This document shows positions 42,401 to 52,224 of a stretch of 53,428 bases of DNA, piece after piece. Numbering within the stretch: position 1 is the stretch's first letter; every line of letters starts with the position of its first letter. The notes beneath the pieces were generated by a model that was not told the origin of the DNA, did no database searches, and saw only the letters and a program-made list of their open reading frames with translations. The position numbers and the translations under genes are program-made. The stretch lies in the NCBI GenBank assembly GCA_001938485.1, contig MQRK01218349.1, positions 1 through 53,428 on the forward strand, in the 5' to 3' direction. This DNA is from Girardia tigrina (lineage: Eukaryota).

Positions 42401-45400
42401 GTCTAGAAGTCCGAAATTTATTTCGTCTGGGTGTTTTTTCGAACAAAACCTTATCCTTTTCTTGTTCACTGGTACATTTTTGTCGTCAATGTTTAATATG
42501 AATCTTTTCTTTTCATGGTCTATAATCTTGTATGGACCTTCGAAAGTGTCATTTTCATTATTTTTAACTAAGGCTAAAAAAATTTTTAGGGTTTTGTTTT
42601 GTGAGTAATATTCTTCTTCATCGATGATGGCCTCTGTGATTTTTTTTGTGTACCAAGCTCTGTTATTACGTTTATTTATGTGTGTGATTCGTTGTTGGTA
42701 TTACCTTTTGGTTTTCTTATTTTCATATTTACTATTTCCTTTTCTGTTGTTTTATTAGTGTTTGTATTGTCAGTTTGTATTGATTGTGATTCTGTTTTTG
42801 TTGTTGTTTGGGTTATTTTGTTTACTGATGAGGCGTTTGCTTGGATTGATTTTTCGATTGTAAGTATGGTGGTGATTGCTTTCGTCTGCGTTGTTGGTGA
42901 TTCGAGTAACTTAGTCTTGTCTTCGGTTTGTGTTCGGTCATCTTTTGAAATTCTGATTGTATCGTTTGATTGTGTGTAGTTATCTACTAATTTTTTTGTA
43001 AGTGTGTGCTCTGTTTGTGACTGTACGTCTTTTATTCGCTGATTTCTTACAAAGATGAAACTGTTTTTTGATTTTAACAAGTTTTCTTCTGTTTTTGTAT
43101 ATTTGATTGTAGAGAGTGGTTTTTTTGTATAAGATTCGCGGTATGTTGATTTTGATAAAATACTATCTATATGTAAATATTTAAGATTATTATTATAGTT
43201 TTTTTATGTTTTCTAATATTTGAAATGGTTTTGTAGAATTTCTGTTGTATTCTTTTGTATTTGTTACATTTGTTTTTGTAAACATATAATTGTTTGAATT
43301 TTTCTTTAGTTTTGAATTGTAAAATGTTCGTATTCTAGGTTGGTTTCTCATCAATTCTTTTCTTGATTTGAATGAGCACGGATTTACGCAATTGAATGCC
43401 TTTCTTTGAACCTTTTATGATACCAGCATAAATTAGTCTCTCTCTCAATTGATTTGTTCGGATTGTGATATTTGTGATTTTCAAGTGACTCGATGAAGTA
43501 CTTTGATTTACTTTCGTAATTTTCTTTTCTTAATTCTGTAATTTCTAATTTAAGCCTTTTATTTTCCATCTCCATGTTTTCTAATTTGGTGATTATTTGC
43601 TTAAGTAATTGTACATTTGAATTTTTTATTGTGCTGTTGACGTCTGGTTTGATATGATGAGTTTTTTCTTCGTGTTTGTACTGTGGTATGTGTGTATTGT
43701 TGAAATTGATATTATTTATATGAATTGAATATTTGTTTGTTTGTGTTTGGATTGTATTTGTTATTGTAAAAGTAAGTTCTTTGTATGAATGAGAGTTTAT
43801 TTTGTGTGGAGGCATTTAGGTATTTTTGTGAAAGTGAATATAATGCAAGGTCGTAAATGTTGCTTGTGATGTAATGCTGTGTGATAGAGGCCGTACGTGG
43901 GTACAATTGTAACTTCTGACACCAGTTGTAAAAATAGAAATTTGGACGAGTTGCCAAATCTCTATTTTTACTATAAAATAAAAGTTGTCAAACAAAGCTA
44001 AACTAAATGATTAATTTAAAAGAAAAATAACACGAAAACTTCTAATTCAGTAAAAAAAACTAAAGAATACATACTTCACAAAAGAACATTGGTCCAAAAT
44101 TTGTAGTCATATTAAAATTTTTAGTAAATTAAATTTTTTTATTAAAATTTGTAGTCATATTTGTAATGGAAAATGAGAGTGAGTGGATAAATTAATAAAC
44201 ACAAAATAATCTGAAAAATTTATTGTTTAGAATGATCAAGATAAGGTTGTTTCAAGATTGTTGGTACTATTGATATAAAATAAATAGATTGTTTTCCGGA
44301 GTCCCATATCAGTAATAAGTATATTTCTGTACCAGTAAAAATGTGTTAACTGAAATCATCAACACGAGATTTGCTGAACAAATGTTGATTCCATGTTTAG
44401 ATCACTACTAAACATTCATCGGGTGAAATTGCGAGTGGTTTAGGTGTCGGTAGTTTGATGGAAATTCGTCGGCGTGAGTGCCATGTGAGACGAATTTCCA
44501 GTACCGACTAAATCTGAAAACCCGATAAATGATTAGTGCTCCGGTAGGAAGCGTCGCAGCTATTGTTATGGAAATCGATTTGTTGATTTTTTCCATGTGA
44601 TAAAATTCCGCTGACATTGACTTGTACAATATACTTACATACTAGTTTGGGACGGTAGAAATCTATTATGTGGTAGCATTGTGATACATGTAACAACATA
44701 CATAAAAATAACATTGTCGTGCTTTAAACAAAACATACTCACTTGCATGGGCGTCCCCAAGGGGGGGCAAAGAGGGCGGTTACCCCCCCCCCTGGAAACT
44801 TGAATAATTTATCATTTTAATTGTACTATGTCGATCTCCCATAGTCTCAGAAAAAAAGTTATTTTAGTCTAAAATCTAACTAAAAGGCTTTTAATTAAAT
44901 TTTTTTTAATAATAATATTTTGAAATTAGGTGGCAAAACGGAAGTCGAATATTATTAGAATTAAATATTAAATATTATTAGAATTTAATAAATATTATTA
45001 GAATTTCTAATTTAGAAAATTGAAATTGTAAACACTTTATTCGTGAATCATGATTTATATAAAATTATTTTGGTAAAATTTTTTAATCGTTTCATTCCTC
45101 TCCTTTTAGAATAGATATAAGAATATATTTATCCTGTGACAAGCCCGAAAATAAAAAGCAGAAAATACAGACTCTAAGTGAACATGAATCTGTACCATAT
45201 ACTAAATTTAGTGACCATGCAGAAATTACTTATCCTGTGAATGATCGAATAGAAGAGTCAACTACAAAAGAAAACACAAATGAAAATATGTACGATATTG
45301 GTGCACATATCAGCGTTTCTTCTATTCCCTTTGATTTAAAATTAAAGATTCTCCTAAACACAACAGTTCCTAAAAAAGAATAGAATTTTAAAAAAGATTC

Positions 45401-48400
45401 AACTGGGAAAATGGCTTTTCGATTTCCTTGGATAGAAGAATATTCACCTTGGTTGTGCTATTCAATAATAAAAAAGGTGCATTTTTGCAAATATTGTGTC
45501 CTTTTTCCACCAAAGGTTCATCGAGGTCTTCAAGGGGCATTTATAAAATCAGCATTTATAAACTATAAAAATTTTCATGAAGCTGCTAGATATCATCTGA
45601 TGTCGCAATGGCACAAAGAAGTAACTATTGATGCGCAAAATTTTATTACCGTTAACAAATATCACAAGAAAGATATAATTAGTCAAATCGATTCTACAGC
45701 ACAGGCGACTATAAAATCGAATCGAATAAAACTAGGTTCAATTTTGTCTTCGAATATATTTTGTGCTACTCATGACTTACTCTTGCGGGGAAAACATAGC
45801 AATAAAGGGAATTTAAAGGATTTATTTCGATTTCGAATTGAAGCTGGTGATGTTACATTACAAAAACATTTACCACAGCACCTGCAAACGCATGATATAC
45901 ATCTGTGAGAACTGAACATCAATTAATTGAATTTGTGAATTGGAATTGAGAGATTCCATCATTTCAGAAGTCAATAAATCAATTGGGTTTTCAATTTTAG
46001 CTGATGAAACAGCTGATATAGCAGGTGTAGAACAGCTTTCACTTGGTGTTCGATTTTTTGATGAAGCTAAAAACATTCGTGAAGAATTTGTTGGCTTTGT
46101 GAAGCTTTTCGAAATGGATGCTAAAAGCATCAGTTCTGCAATTCTTAACAAGTGTGTAGAATATGGTTTGGAATCCAAACTTTGGATATGAGTAAATTGA
46201 TTGGAAGAGGATACGATGGTTGTGCAACTATGGCCGGAAATGAAGCTGGTGTTCAGGTGCAAATCAAAAATAGATATCCAAATGCTACTTATGTACATTG
46301 TGCTTCTCATAGATTAAATCTAGTTGTTAAGGATTTGAACATTGTCGCAGAAGTCCGTCAAACAATTGGAATAGTAAAATCGATAATAACATTTTTTAGA
46401 GAGTCCAAAACGTAGAGCTACTGTTCCCACCATTCCTCTTCTATCAGAAACAAGATGGACATCAAAATATCAAAGTATTTCCATTTTCTCAAAACATTTT
46501 GGGCTTATTTTTAATAAACTGGATGAAATGTCAACGAATTGGACTGGTTCAACAAGCCAAGAAGCTCCTCGTTTATTAACGGCGACTAGTAATGGAATGT
46601 TTATCCTTTGTTTAAAAATAATAGCCAAATATTCAGCCATTTTGGAACCAGTAACCCAGACTCCTCAGTCTGTAAAATTTGATTTACAAGCTGCTCATCA
46701 ACACGTTCAGGATTTAATTAATATATATTTATTGCATCGAGAAAACTCTGACGAAATATTTCAAGAAATATTGCAAAATTATTCATCAATATTGAAATAC
46801 CCAGGCGTTGTTTCAAGTAAAAACATAGAAACAATTGTACAGGAATCACTCCTGAAATATACTTTCGACAATCAATATTTATACCATATTTGGATTCTTT
46901 AATATCTTCTTTAACATCAAGATTTTCTAAAGATAACCAAACCATAATTTCAATTTTTTAATTTCAGCCAAACTGTATTATAAAATTAGACAAAACGACA
47001 TTTTTAGAAAACGCAAAAAAACTTGGTGCAATATAATAAATTTACAAATCGAAGCTACAACATGGTACGAAAAATGGAAAATTTGTACTCCATCAAAAAA
47101 TTTTCCATCAACTTTAATAGACGTTCTTGAACATTGTGACTATTTTCCATCAGTCAAAACAATTATAACCATCGCTTTGAGTTTACCAGTTACGACTTGT
47201 ACGATTGAACGAAGTTTTAACACATTGAGACGTGTTAAAACATGNCTAAGAGCTACAATATCAGAATCACGATTGTCCGGTTTATGTATGATGAGCTTGC
47301 ACCGAAAGAAAATTCAGGACGAAACAAACAAAACAAAGTTTATTGAAAATATAATAAAGAAATTTGGCAGTGATAAAAGACGAATTCAATTTTTACTTGC
47401 TGAATGATAAATTGTAATAATACATTGTAATACATAATAAAGATATTATATATTCATTATGTAAAATTTATTACTTATAAAATTGATTTTGTATAATTCT
47501 ATTTTTATATTTCTATGCTTGTTCGATATCATTAAAAAACATTCTAAAAATATTTGTTAATTTACTGTTTTCATTTTTTCCCCCCCCTGGATTTTTTTCT
47601 GTGGACGCCCATGCTCACTTGTTACAGGAAATGAAAGACTGATTAATTAAATCAAATTCTAGATAAAAGTGACACACAAAAATTCGCATTATCGGTAAGA
47701 CAGTTAAAAATAATCATAATAAACCGTGGCTTATGATATTTGGGAGGTAGACGAACGATTCATTGATGGTTATGGTATAACTGGATGTCATCACTATGAA
47801 TTCCGACGACAGAAGTGTCAAGATAAATTAGAATTCCTTCTTTGTATTTGACGAGTTCTGACGGATTGTGTCCCGTTATGCGAACCAATTTCATCCAATA
47901 CGGCACTAATGCGATCCGAATCTGAGAATCTCCAACATTGTATTTCGGACAAACAACATATCATCTCCAAAGAGGTATATTTGAATTTCAAGAAATTACC
48001 TCCGCTAATTGATAGAAATATTAAATAATCAATTTTAAAAAATTGATTAATTATTTAATATATATATATATATATAAATACATATATTAATATATATTTA
48101 TATAAATAAAAAATGTGGATCACTATAGTAACTATTTTTGAGAAGATTTCGACATGGAAAATATGAAAATATTTATTAAAGAAATTGGCCAAAGTTCATT
48201 AAAAAAATTCTTTAACAGCAAAAATGAAAGAAAAGTATATTAAGTTGTCGGCAGATGAACCTTTCCAAAAAATATATATGGACTTCTGTGGACCATTTAA
48301 AGGAAAATAAACGGATTTCAATACGTACTGGCATTAGTAGACATATTCAGTAGATACATTAGCCTGAATGCAGTTGCTAGTCAAGATGAAAGAACAGTGC

Positions 48401-51400
48401 CTAGAGTGATATTGGACAGATGGATATGGAAGTTTGGACCTGCAAAAGACATCTATGTGGATAGAAGAAAAACATTTGTGTGAGGAATATTTTAAATTGT
48501 CTGAATGTGTGAATGTATTGATGTTGTATATTGATTTGAATATGCTAGACTTAAAATGGTGATTCTCCCACCCAGATGAAAATTATTATTTTTTTAATTT
48601 AAAGTGATTGACTATTCGAACATTATTAAAATAATAATTTTATAAGTTTATATTTTTAAAATTAACAATTTAAATTAAGTTTAATATTCTTTAAGAAAAG
48701 AAAAGCATTTAATTAAATATAAATAAATTTAATAAGATTTAAATTAAAGTCATTTTTATAATTTGATAACATTTTTATAATTTTTGTGTTTTTATTAAGA
48801 AATGATTAAAATTATTATTTTTAATTAATATTTTTAAAAATTAAATATTTTAAAAAGATTTAGACAAATTGTTCGAATAATCATGATGAAAAATAGAAAT
48901 TAACATCAATTAGAGCGATGTCAAACGATAAAAGATCTGCTGAGAGTTGTAATGACTCTTAATGTGATAGTAATAAAGTCAAATGAGAATTGTCTCAATG
49001 TTCTTAATAATTTGAATCGACTTTGCTCACAGATACATTTAGAAGGTTCAAAGTTGAGATGACCTATTCGACTCCATATCATCATAATACAAATGGAATC
49101 GTGGAAAGACAATTTCAAACAATCAGAGATGCCATAAACATTTGAATGAAGGACGTAGATGACATAGATTGACAGAAGTTTTGTCGGAAATAGAATTTAT
49201 GTTGACTAGTACATTGTACGACATGTGTTTCACTGGCTGAAATAATATTTGGGTGGTGATTAAGATATTGATTGAAGAACAATAAAGAAAATAAATGGAA
49301 CCAAGTTAATGTCGAACAAAATATTGAGACAAGAAGAGTTTTTGAAATTGCATTGATAAAAAAATAATTTTTCAAAAGACGATGACAGTTACATTGGTCA
49401 GATAATAGTAATGTAATTTGAAATTTTAATTAAATTAGAAAAATGTATAAATCTAATTTTAACCAATGAGAAATAATGATAATTAATTAATATTATAATT
49501 ATTTTCCTATTTGTTTTCAAAAAACTAGGATTACAGAAAAAATATTAATCAAGAAGAATGTCTAATAGCAAAAGTGGTTTGAATAATTAAAGTAATGACA
49601 ATTTGACTTGTGATATTAATAAATGCTCGAAAAATTATACTAATGTTGTTAATAATAATAATGTTGTTAATTAGAGAAAACAATAAGACGGTATTACATG
49701 TTCACTATCTTTTTGAATTCTGTTTCTTGGACAAACGTTTTAAATTCACTAAAAATTTCTTTATTACGACCAAACATTTGCTTACATTAGGTATTTTACA
49801 AGCATTTAAAACGGAAATATAAGAGTTTAGTTCATAGTGAACACAAGTCAGAAAAGGATTAAAATTGTTCGATTTTCTTGTACACTTTTAAACAATATAC
49901 TCATTATAGAAGCTCTATCAAATCTTCAGTCTCACACTTTTCTTATGTAAGCACTGCAATTTGTAGGTCTTCAAAAATTGAAATAAATCTTCCAGGAAGA
50001 ATTAAACCACATTTTATATTTCAAAGCTCCAGATTTTTTGGGTAAGCATGATTTGGGCGCCGTGATAAAATGTTCATTTTGGCGCCGTAATAAAGTGCAT
50101 TAAAGTAAAACTTTTATTTTTGATCAAGTATTTTAATAAATGTAATGTATAAATGTCATAATATATTTAATTAAATGTAATTAAGTAATAAATTTGTTTA
50201 AATCAAATTTTTAATTAAGTGTAATAAAGTAATGAAGTAATATTTTTGTTTTAATCTAATATTTTATTAAAATTATTAATGTAATAATTTTATATTTATC
50301 AAACATTTCATAAAATGATTAAAAGTTACAATTTAATTTTATTCAAATATTTTATAAAATTATTTAAAGTTACAAAGTAATTACAAAATTATTACTTTAA
50401 TAAATTAAATAAAATATTATATTAAAACAAAAATATTACTTTATTACATTTAATTAAATATTTGATTAAATAAATATTAATTAAATATTAATTAAAAATA
50501 ATAATTTTAACCATATTTTTTAAAAACTCAAACTAATAAAAATTTTATCAAATTGTTAAAAACGAATTTAATTAAAATTTTATTAGTTTTATTTATATCT
50601 AATTAAATGCTTTTCTTTCAAAAAAATATTAAACTTGATTTTAATTGTTAATTTTAAGAATATAAACTTATAAAATTATTATTTTAATTATTTGAGTCAA
50701 TCACTGTAAATACAAAAAAATATAAATTTCCATCTAGGTGAGAGAATCACCGTTCTAAGTTCAACATACTAAAATCAACATACAGCATCAATACATTCAC
50801 ACATTCATATAATTTTAAATATTCCTCATAGAAATATTCTCTTGGAAATAATTACTTTAACAGAATTCAGATTTTCAATGATTTTAAAAAAATTATTTAA
50901 AAATTCATATGGAAATAATAAATAACATTTAATTTGACAGGCATGCGAGTACGTTTGTTTACAAGAGAGGATCTACCAAAATTGTCGCTGTTATGATGAA
51001 GGTTTTCAGCTGTACCTGAGAAATACGTCAGATCAAACTTGTGACACCGATTTCAGTAAATAGGAATTGTATATTTCCATTTTAACTTTCCTTTTAGAAA
51101 TAAATTGCTTGTTGAACATTACTCAGAACTTTGATGATTACATTAATCTATGCAATTGTAACATTGCTTGTAACACAACTATTTATAATATACGACAATC
51201 ATATGCGGAATGGCCGGCAACTTCTTATGAGGTTAAAATATTTAAATTTTTAAAAAAATGCAAAAGATTTTTGTTTCAGAAAAGATTTTTCAATGACCTT
51301 CGCGATATTTACCCAAAATTTAATAATACACATATCGATGACACAAACAACGCAAGACAAAATTTGACAAATGTTTTAATCTATGTGGAAGATCGATCTT

Positions 51401-51637
51401 ATCAGGAGATTTACCAAATAAGAGCATATAAGGTACAATGTGTAATTAAATTGAAAATGATAAACAATTGTGTTTCAGTGGGACAACTTTTTGTCAGATA
51501 TCGGTGGTACCCTCAGTTTGTACTTAGGATTCAGTGTTTTAACAGGTTTCGAATTTTTCGAAGCAATGTCACTAATATTGGCCTATTTCTGCAATAAAGT
51601 ACTCTGTGGTAAACGTGATAATGAACTTAATACGTGA
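2231..51637 (+). CDS. DEG/ENaC (amiloride-sensitive sodium channel / ASIC-like) subunit, 11 exons: join(2231..2251,5996..6340,15126..15196,22690..22773,32779..32885,32927..33090,38495..38584,50941..51055,51098..51231,51280..51432,51479..51637), ~480 aa
   Basis: All junctions are GT-AG with compatible phases; total 1443 nt, open to TGA at 51635-51637. Family motifs appear in order: TM1 (LWCIAFILCTILTI), YP..T, FPSITFCNLNP, GHQI..FILQCSFLGEKC, YGNCFTFN, GL.I.F, GVRIHF..P, PPGFE, YTRQ-ACEYVCLQERIYQNCRC, CNCNIAC, WP, and TM2 (FLSDIGGTLSLYLGFSVLTGFEFFE). Exons 1 and 3 are less certain; small extra exons in gaps cannot be excluded. Confidence 0.88.
2457..4333 (-). mobile_element. Plant-type (DD39D/Osmar-Soymar-like) Tc1/mariner element with both TIRs and a degenerate transposase
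   Basis: TA TSDs (2455-56, 4334-35); TIRs CTCCCTCTGTT(G/C)C(G/A)AAATAATGTTTACATT; ORFs 2646..3899 carry HIDEKWFY, SKRFITKVMFMAAVARPR, GKIGIW, AKRSSKNR.KGT, QPPN.PDMNVLDL and GNNYKLPH. Confidence 0.9.
4689..5445 (-). mobile_element. Internally deleted Mutator-like (MULE) element
   Basis: Imperfect inverted ends (G(T/G)(G/T)ACCCGAC(A/G)AAATA); minus-strand remnants LA..FVPP and TNNLVEGWHHAF typical of MULE transposases. Confidence 0.5.
5996..6340 (+). CDS. DEG/ENaC exon 2 (N-terminus, TM1, FPxxTxCN)
   Basis: ttaag| acceptor and GAT|GTAAGT donor; ORF 6032..6382 has a hydrophobic TM1 and DFPSITFCNLNP. Confidence 0.92.
7231..7503 (-). repeat. 3' LTR of Gypsy element
   Basis: Direct repeat of 11744..12020; begins TGT on the minus strand after the polypurine tract. 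Confidence 0.9.
11744..12020 (-). repeat. 5' LTR of Gypsy element
   Basis: Direct repeat of 7231..7503; followed on the minus strand by a TGG PBS. Confidence 0.9.
12571..14318 (-). mobile_element. Internally deleted Gypsy-like LTR element (RNase H and integrase remnants)
   Basis: TSD GATAT (12566-70, 14319-23); ~122-bp 3' LTR 12571..12692 with PPT; 5' LTR remnant ending 14318; WCDAS RNase H and GNGIVER..RTIK integrase. Confidence 0.88.
14400..15030 (+). mobile_element. Degenerate Gypsy-like integrase fragment (same group as 12571..14318)
   Basis: ELGPPQKLLLD and RP....IV.RCHRTI similarity to neighbouring integrases. Confidence 0.55.
15126..15196 (+). CDS. DEG/ENaC exon 3 (finger domain, NNNEMDSRSFDENLFTKLILNET)
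   Basis: ttttctag| and |gtaaga; phase 0 in and phase 2 out, exactly bridging exons 2 and 4. Confidence 0.65.
15753..17386 (-). mobile_element. Internally deleted Gypsy LTR element (RT fragment plus integrase GPY-type tail)
   Basis: TSD GTTGT (15748-52, 17387-91); 3' LTR 15753..16261 (TG..CA) with PPT; 5' LTR remnant 17311..17386; RT YVDNII/KCQFF..VEFLGH. Confidence 0.85.
17392..19200 (-). mobile_element. 5'-truncated Gypsy-like element (RNase H, integrase, 3' LTR)
   Basis: ORFs 18556..19074 (WCDAS) and 17649..18350 (integrase D..D..E); PPT TGGGGGAGA before TGTAG at 17555. Confidence 0.85.
19960..21945 (-). mobile_element. Tc1/mariner element with ~276-bp TIRs (rosa/DD41D-like), central gap
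   Basis: TA TSDs; near-identical TIRs 19960..20235 and 21670..21945; transposase from ATG 21431 (MSKYSVKQRIFMV, one early stop) to LWGYLKDKVY...GKHFEHLLY* at 20324. Confidence 0.9.
22690..22773 (+). CDS. DEG/ENaC exon 4 (DVRLAMGHQIHNFILQCSFLGEKCNID)
   Basis: cttaag| and |gtaatt; conserved GH.....I..C.F.G..C motif. Confidence 0.9.
22943..23286. mobile_element. Small hAT-like MITE
   Basis: Ends TAAGGTGAACA...TGGTCACCTTA with subterminal GTCCCG motifs; no clean 8-bp TSD. Confidence 0.45.
23750..25800 (-). mobile_element. Degenerate Tc1-like transposase fragments spanning an assembly gap
   Basis: SPDMKPIENVWG (~23890-23930) and N-terminal TT.QDER / RRRL.E.GL (25548..25757). Confidence 0.6.
28380..29510 (+). 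mobile_element. Degenerate hAT transposase fragment (ZNF862/KIAA1586-like)
   Basis: LIGVTTDGERANTG at ~28715-28755 plus fragmented downstream frames. Confidence 0.45.
29560..32236 (-). mobile_element. Degenerate intron-containing DDE transposase (hATm/hATx-like)
   Basis: MTSTRS..FG.P start at 32236, WRRASLPIVS, YFDGRK.KTL, SEPGSVYIGHVTP, LSTDQKYL and PG.M...WL remnants. Confidence 0.55.
32779..32885 (+). CDS. DEG/ENaC exon 5 (YGNCFTFN signature)
   Basis: aattaag| and G|gtaaaa; LFTPLLSNKYGNCFTFNP. Confidence 0.92.
32927..33090 (+). CDS. DEG/ENaC exon 6 (GLFITFYLQIDEYL...GVRIHFQEP...PPGFEISLGI)
   Basis: Follows a 41-nt intron; beta-ball/palm motifs; donor |gttagt. Confidence 0.92.
34302..34617 (+). 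mobile_element. 5S rRNA-derived SINE (SINE3-like)
   Basis: 34302..34416 resembles 5S rRNA (GATTTCGTCTGATCTCCGAAGTTAAG...GTTAGTACTT..ATGGGTGACCG); no T-run terminator follows, and ~200 bp of GC-rich body continues. Confidence 0.7.
37018..37775. mobile_element. Non-autonomous TIR element of a TGTGAG-ended family
   Basis: Imperfect inverted ends (GTGAG...CTCACA); internal sequence nearly duplicated at 35130..35610. Confidence 0.6.
38495..38584 (+). CDS. DEG/ENaC exon 7 (TKIRRLREIQNNCEEG...STYTRQ)
   Basis: aatttag| and |gtaaag; 90 nt, phase 0/0; matches the RL....C...Y(S/T) segment preceding the thumb cysteines. Confidence 0.85.
38990..40600 (+). mobile_element. BEL/Pao retrotransposon RT fragment (interrupted by piggyBac)
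   Basis: SLND....P.L...IILRFR...IAL.CDIAEMYL, RVVFGVS, TFMDDCL and RKWV.N motifs. Confidence 0.85.
39221..40183 (+). mobile_element. Internally deleted piggyBac element
   Basis: TTAA TSDs (39217-20, 40184-87); TIR CCCGTTGA(C/T)TA(C/T)CG; ORF 39365..39973 with GTLRKNRKGLP, WRDKRDV.MLST, GAVD..D and the C-terminal Cys-rich domain. Confidence 0.93.
41180..41545 (+). mobile_element. Gypsy pol fragment (left part; family of 7231..12020)
   Basis: HSNADGMSR..C..C..C....EEAKKGKIKTRILA...LCHAGSKKV; resumes at 48133. Confidence 0.75.
41546..48127 (-). mobile_element. Non-autonomous CsRn1-like Gypsy LTR element with mismatched LTRs; carries a hAT insertion
   Basis: TSD GTAAC (41541-45, 48128-32); 3' LTR 41546..42239 with PPT; second LTR starts at 43927 with PBS TGGTGTCAGAAG; gag CWYH.RF...AFNC.NPC (CHCC, across a frameshift); integrase GPY tail; no PR/RT seen. 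Confidence 0.78.
44746..47613 (+). mobile_element. hAT transposon (Tip100/Zaphod; ZMYM1/P52rIPK-like transposase), full length, frameshifted
   Basis: 8-bp TSD CTCACTTG on both sides; TIR CATGGGCGTCC; TTF-type zinc finger (FCKYC), FSILADET.D, GYDG, HCASHRLNL, TRW and ERSF..LRRVK. Confidence 0.95.
48133..48478 (+). mobile_element. Gypsy integrase fragment (right part of 41180..41545)
   Basis: ADEPFQKIYMDFCGPF, LVDIFSRY and WIWKFGP, homologous to ORF 7988..8338. Confidence 0.8.
48479..50830. mobile_element. TGT-ended element with ~250-bp imperfect TIRs (non-autonomous, possibly Ginger-like)
   Basis: TGTGAGGAATATTT... at 48479 and ...AAATATTCCTCATA at 50830 with long inverted similarity; no TSD found. 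Confidence 0.6.
50941..51055 (+). CDS. DEG/ENaC exon 8 (thumb: ACEYVCLQERIYQNCRC)
   Basis: ttgacag| and A|gtaaat; C...C.Q......C.C motif. Confidence 0.92.
51098..51231 (+). CDS. DEG/ENaC exon 9 (CNCNIAC...WP)
   Basis: ctttttag-type acceptor and GAG|gttaaa; in frame with ORF 51067..51597. Confidence 0.9.
51280..51432 (+). CDS. DEG/ENaC exon 10 (RQNLTNVLIYVED...RAYK)
   Basis: tttcag| and AAG|gtacaa; N....IY motif of the final palm strand. Confidence 0.9.
51479..51637 (+). CDS. DEG/ENaC exon 11 (TM2 and C-terminus, stop)
   Basis: tttcag|TGG; WDNFLSDIGGTLSLYLGFSVLTGFEFFE...ELNT*. Confidence 0.93.
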   Translation, partial: WDNFLSDIGGTLSLYLGFSVLTGFEFFEAMSLILAYFCNKVLCGKRDNELNT

Positions 51638-52224
51638 TTTCGTAATATTTATAAGTTATGTTTAATTAACGAATTATAATATCGTATTTTTCTTGTAGTA
51701 TTAATTTTTTGTGTGATTTGGTAAAAATAATTTGGAGAAAAAAATATTAAAAAAATAAATCTCAAGGTTTCCAATAAATTTACTATTACATCTAAAAATT
51801 TTGATTTCAATGAAGTACTATTAGAATTTCAAAGTAACTGTTATGAGAGTTATTAAAATATTATATAATAGTGATAATAAAAGTAAAATTAGATGTTGTA
51901 ATCGCAATAAACAACGCAGAAATGAGAATTAATCTTTATTTATACTTAAAGTTTTAAATCACTTACACTTTCCCAATTATTCAAACAAACATGAAGAAAA
52001 CAAATCCTGCCGATCATGGCACTAAAGTAAGTTTTTTGAGCGCAAACTAAATTATATAAATTATATATACTAGTGATAAATTAAATAATATAAATAAATT
52101 TAATAATAGAAATAAATATAATCAATTAAATGATAATATTAATGAAAATTTTATATTATAAACGATAAAATTATTCAAAACAAATTAGAAAAAAAGAGTG
52201 ACACGAAATTCTACCACGAATCTG

